IMG/VR virus record: IMGVR_UViG_3300043416_000191
Location: 1-47,657 of that record
DNA length: 47,657 nt
Direction: 5' to 3' (one strand)
Origin: a virus
Lineage: Duplodnaviria; Caudoviricetes
Within the stretch, counting starts at the first letter, position 1, and every line of letters starts with the position of its first letter. A program made the translations under genes and the position numbers. This document shows positions 44,023-47,657 of this stretch, piece by piece. The notes beneath the pieces are model-generated. The model did no database searches. It saw only the letters and a program-made list of their open reading frames with translations, and was not told the DNA's origin.

Positions 44023-45185
44023 AATAGAATTGCAGACCCAGCGCCAAAGTTAGCTGCTCCACCTGTTGAGCCTGTGTTTGAAGTTCCACCAGCCGCAGAC
44101 GCCCCACCACTATCCGCAGGACTGTTATAAACAGAAACACCGCCTGTGTGTAAATGCGCTATAACAGCACCAACAGATGTTGTACCAACTACCCCAGCAA
44201 TAGCTGAATAGCCTGATGGAAAATACGGCAAACCAAAAGTAGTTGATCCATTACCAATCCCCCAAGTTGTACCTATGGCGGCAAACAAAGCAGCATAAGT
44301 AGTCCGGCTTATATTTGTAAGAGTTGTAGGACAAGCCAAATAACCAGTAGGTGCAGCTGCTCCAGCAAATTGAATAATAGTTCCAACTGGAGGGCCATAG
44401 TTAGCTGGATTAGTCGCATTATAGGGCGCATACCCCAATGCAGTTGTAACGTCAGTAGCATTTAAAGTAACTGTGCCTGTTCGAGTATTAAAACTTTGTA
44501 CGCCAACAGAACTGGCAAAATAAATATTAGTACCATTACCATATAAATAAGTAGACTGACCTTGTGTAGCTACAACACCTGTACCGGCAGCCGTTTTAAC
44601 AGTTAAAGTAAAAGCACCCGTAGTGTTATTTTGAATAATCCATTGTCCAACTACAGCAGGTAAAATTAAACTTCTTGCTCCTGTTAAAGCACCAGAAATA
44701 ACTAATATTGGATAAGCTGATTGAAGCTGAGTCACCGTTACATTAGCTGTTGTTACGGTTATTGCTTGCAATCCTTTAAATACTAAAGAAGTCCACCCTG
44801 CTCCACCTGTATCTGGATTAGTTGTATTGCCATTAGTAGTATTTAACCAAAATCCTTGGTAATTTGCCGCTTGAATAATTGCGCCTACCGGATAGCCACT
44901 TATTGCCGTTGAAAAAGTAGAGTCATACGGGAAAAACCCACCAGCTTGTTGCCATTGGGTAATGGATGTTATCTCATTTAAGATACCATTAAAATCAGCT
45001 CCAAAAGGAGGTACACCACCTGTTGAAATAGGAATAAATGTATCTGGTGGAAAACCATCATGCAATGACGCTCGACCATTTACTATGCCAATTTGTGAGG
45101 CAGTAGGAATAGGTGTAGTAATTTGTCCGCCAGCAGCAGCATAGCCAAAAGGAACTGGAATTTTTGTAGGTATGGTAATGCTCAT
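44004..45185 (-). CDS. Tail fibre with collar domain
   Basis: AS...GFPP.TF.P...GGVPP.G.DFNGIL N-terminus; collar motif PVGTIIQFAG...PTGYL.C...ISRTTYAALFA.IGT.WG.G.GSTTF.LP. Confidence 0.88.
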   Translation of the reverse strand: MSITIPTKIPVPFGYAAAGGQITTPIPTASQIGIVNGRASLHDGFPPDTFIPISTGGVPPFGADFNGILNEITSITQWQQAGGFFPYDSTFSTAISGYPVGAIIQAANYQGFWLNTTNGNTTNPDTGGAGWTSLVFKGLQAITVTTANVTVTQLQSAYPILVISGALTGARSLILPAVVGQWIIQNNTTGAFTLTVKTAAGTGVVATQGQSTYLYGNGTNIYFASSVGVQSFNTRTGTVTLNATDVTTALGYAPYNATNPANYGPPVGTIIQFAGAAAPTGYLACPTTLTNISRTTYAALFAAIGTTWGIGNGSTTFGLPYFPSGYSAIAGVVGTTSVGAVIAHLHTGGVSVYNSPADSGGASAAGGTSNTGSTGGAANFGAGSAILFCVKYL

Positions 45186-45194
45186 AAGATAACC

Positions 45195-45908
45195 TTATAA
45201 ATGGGTTAAGATTAATTGTACGCCAGCTGGTCTGGGAAATACGCCAGAATTAGTAATAATAGCAATTTGAGCCTCATTAGGTATAAATTCTAAATAATAA
45301 GTTAATGACATATTTAAATTATCAATAACCCATGCTTGTCCATAAGGATCATTAGTACCTTCCGGGGGCGTTCCAAATTCTATTCTTAACAATTCATTGA
45401 TGGAAGGAACTGTATTATTTGAAATATTAAAACCTGCTTTAACCAAAATTAATCGTCTATATTGACTATCAGTTAAAACATAAGTAGTTGTAGATGTTTT
45501 TCCAACATAAAAAGGCGCTTGGTTAAATGGTTGAGATCCAGTTGTTCCTGAAGCCGCTTCTTCAAAACCAAAATAGTAACCAGATGTATTGGTGTTTAAA
45601 AGTCTTGATACACCAACAATATTGCCCCATATGTCTAAACCATTACCTACAGCCGTTGCAACATTCCAGATGTTATTATAGAAATTAAGAATATCTACTG
45701 ATGGTTCAACAGCATCATTATATGAACTTAACAAACTATTAATAGTTGGTGAATCTACATACTGACTCAACAAAGTCTGCGTCCATGTAAACCCTGTTGG
45801 AGAAAGTTGATTATTGGATAACCAACCAACATAATCCCCAAGCGCATTAACCCAAGGAACTATTGCTCCTGCATTATTACTCCATTCAGATTGTTGATAA
45901 ATAGCCAT
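45195..45908 (-). CDS. Baseplate wedge protein (DUF2612-like)
   Basis: SQY..SP, TA.G.GLDIWG.IVGV.R, L.D..YR.LI..K and P.PAGV motifs. Confidence 0.82.
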   Translation of the reverse strand: MAIYQQSEWSNNAGAIVPWVNALGDYVGWLSNNQLSPTGFTWTQTLLSQYVDSPTINSLLSSYNDAVEPSVDILNFYNNIWNVATAVGNGLDIWGNIVGVSRLLNTNTSGYYFGFEEAASGTTGSQPFNQAPFYVGKTSTTTYVLTDSQYRRLILVKAGFNISNNTVPSINELLRIEFGTPPEGTNDPYGQAWVIDNLNMSLTYYLEFIPNEAQIAIITNSGVFPRPAGVQLILTHL

Positions 45909-45948
45909 TATTAATTGTCTTTAGTTAATGCTTCAGACCATTCTATTT

Positions 45949-47657
45949 TCATAAAGAATACCAATTAGCTGTACCATCGCAAATATAAGTTTTACCTGTT
46001 GTTACAGCTAATGTTTCTGCTGTAGTTACACCATTCAGCTTATCAGTAGTGCCTTGTCTTTGAACAGTAACGGTGTTACCTGTTATTGCATCAATTCTGC
46101 GTATTTGAATAGCTGGAGAAACACTTGTGCCGTAAGATGCAGCAAGCGGCAGAGTAATCACACGATTTCCAGAGGTTGCATCTACAAGAACAACGGCATT
46201 CATATTTGTTAGCGTGACTGCTGCATCAGTAATGGTCACACTATATTGAGCTATAGATGATGCAACCTCAAGACAACCGGTTCCTGTTATTTTAGAAACT
46301 TTTAAATTTTGACCCACAGAACCAACCGCTCCAATAACAGCCAACGCCCATTCGCCCTCTATTGCACTATTATCTGCTGAAGGACGAGCAATGCGAAGGC
46401 CGTTGCTACTTCTATTTTCAAGCCGTAAAGTTTCAGTTCCTACTCGCTTACGAGCTTCCAACGCCATATCTGAAGCATTAGAAATTGCAGCCGCATAAGA
46501 GAATACACCCGACACTTGATTTGGATAAAAACCAACACCATCGGTACGCATCGTTACATAACATAACGCAGCTGTTTCTATTGTTGGAAAGGGCGTATTG
46601 TTGCTATCATCCAGCATTGTAAAAATATTTTTGTAGCTTGGATATGCATAACTTGTGGTGCCTTTTGCAATTATTTCATTGCCTCCAGAAAACCCAAAAA
46701 ATACATTTTTACGAGCTACAAAAGCAGCGTCTGAAGCGATAGTGCCTGGCGTTTCATTAGTGTTTCGTTGGTTGCTACCTTGAAACACAATACCTTGTCC
46801 AGTGCCAGTAGCAATTCGGTTTGCACGGCAATTAATAAAAAAATTGTGATCTGAATTTTTTATGTTAAAAGCAATACCGTTAAAAAACTGTGCGCCACAA
46901 TTCTCAAACTGATTAAGACTAACGTTTGCCAGAGTGTAAGTGCCACCGCTACCGCTACCGGAATACATAACTGTATCACCTTCCAACAGAAACAATCCTC
47001 CTGATTGATTAACAAAGTTTCTTGACCAACAATTAATAAAACGGTTGTGCTGTGGGTCTCTTGCATCCCATAATTCAGTTACACACCCGACTCGTATACC
47101 GTTGGTTTGAAATTCTCGAAACATTACATTTTCAAAAACGCCTTCATTAAAGGAAACTAAGTCGATACCGTATGATGCCCCCGTGCCGTTGGTAGTACAA
47201 CCAGAATCAAAATAAATACTACGGACACCCCCTCCAGAATATTTAATGTTATTAACACCATTAACAGAACCAATATTTAACATTGTTCCAGCAGCTACAC
47301 CAGCCCATACTAATTTGGTTGCGGCTGCTGCCCCTTGCGTTCCTATGTTATGTGGTTCATCAGACCCCTCACCCACAAACAATATGTTTGGGTACAAACA
47401 AGATAAAGTTGAAGTAATTTTGTATGAGCCAGCAGGAAGTAATATAGTTCCTCCTAATTTACTGCCGGTGTAATTTATTGCAGCTTGAATTGCTGGAGTA
47501 TCATCCGCAACCCCATTGCCTACAGCACCAAAGTCTTTAACACTAACCGTATCGTTAAGCTTAGACGCTACTGTACGAGCAACTGCACCTGTGCCAGAAG
47601 TAATAGTACCAACTAAGGTCGAGCCTGTGGATGCTGATAATTGCGGTAATGTACAAT
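45949..47657 (-). CDS. Tailspike/depolymerase, C-terminal part (pectate-lyase-like beta-helix); gene starts at 497 across the join
   Basis: VSVKDFGAVGNGVADDT.AIQAAIN...LP.G.Y motif, beta-helix-like repeats, and C-terminal VDATSG...ITLP.A domain. Confidence 0.85.
   Translation of the reverse strand, partial: CTLPQLSASTGSTLVGTITSGTGAVARTVASKLNDTVSVKDFGAVGNGVADDTPAIQAAINYTGSKLGGTILLPAGSYKITSTLSCLYPNILFVGEGSDEPHNIGTQGAAAATKLVWAGVAAGTMLNIGSVNGVNNIKYSGGGVRSIYFDSGCTTNGTGASYGIDLVSFNEGVFENVMFREFQTNGIRVGCVTELWDARDPQHNRFINCWSRNFVNQSGGLFLLEGDTVMYSGSGSGGTYTLANVSLNQFENCGAQFFNGIAFNIKNSDHNFFINCRANRIATGTGQGIVFQGSNQRNTNETPGTIASDAAFVARKNVFFGFSGGNEIIAKGTTSYAYPSYKNIFTMLDDSNNTPFPTIETAALCYVTMRTDGVGFYPNQVSGVFSYAAAISNASDMALEARKRVGTETLRLENRSSNGLRIARPSADNSAIEGEWALAVIGAVGSVGQNLKVSKITGTGCLEVASSIAQYSVTITDAAVTLTNMNAVVLVDATSGNRVITLPLAASYGTSVSPAIQIRRIDAITGNTVTVQRQGTTDKLNGVTTAETLAVTTGKTYICDGTANWYSL
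47531..47657. repeat. Terminal direct repeat (identical to 1-127)
   Basis: Exact sequence identity. Confidence 0.95.

Overview
This window is a complete, circularly assembled genome of about 47.5 kb from an AT-rich tailed dsDNA phage. Bases 1-127 are identical to 47531-47657, so the unit length is 47,530 bp. It is a contractile-tailed myovirus with Bcep781/Aaphi23/AP22-type morphogenesis genes on the minus strand: TerS, TerL, DUF1073 portal, MuF, an extra fibre module, a Nudix-DUF2213 protease fusion, DUF2184 capsid, neck, DUF3383 sheath, tube, frameshifted chaperones, tape measure, baseplate, tailspike, tail fibre, holin and GH24 endolysin. The replication module comprises a primase-helicase with a downstream iteron origin, a Cro-like regulator, DUF2800 nuclease, DUF2815 SSB, family-B polymerase, VRR-NUC nuclease and SNF2 helicase. 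There is also a C5 DNA methyltransferase with a nested alternative-frame ORF. I recognised no integrase, CI-type repressor, tRNA or CRISPR array. Three signals stand out. (1) A captured, antisense, GC-rich fragment carries a sigma70 promoter, a structured ~75-nt RNA and only the first ~44 codons of a NYN/PIN-like RNase; it may be a hijacked RNA antitoxin. (2) Two unrelated HNH genes are each led by a -10 box and the same three-way-junction RNA, whose loop is complementary to that gene's own translation-initiation region. (3) A tandem array of small mosaic genes is built from four recurring DNA boxes that separate variable segments. All family assignments come from motif recognition by eye, not from database searches.
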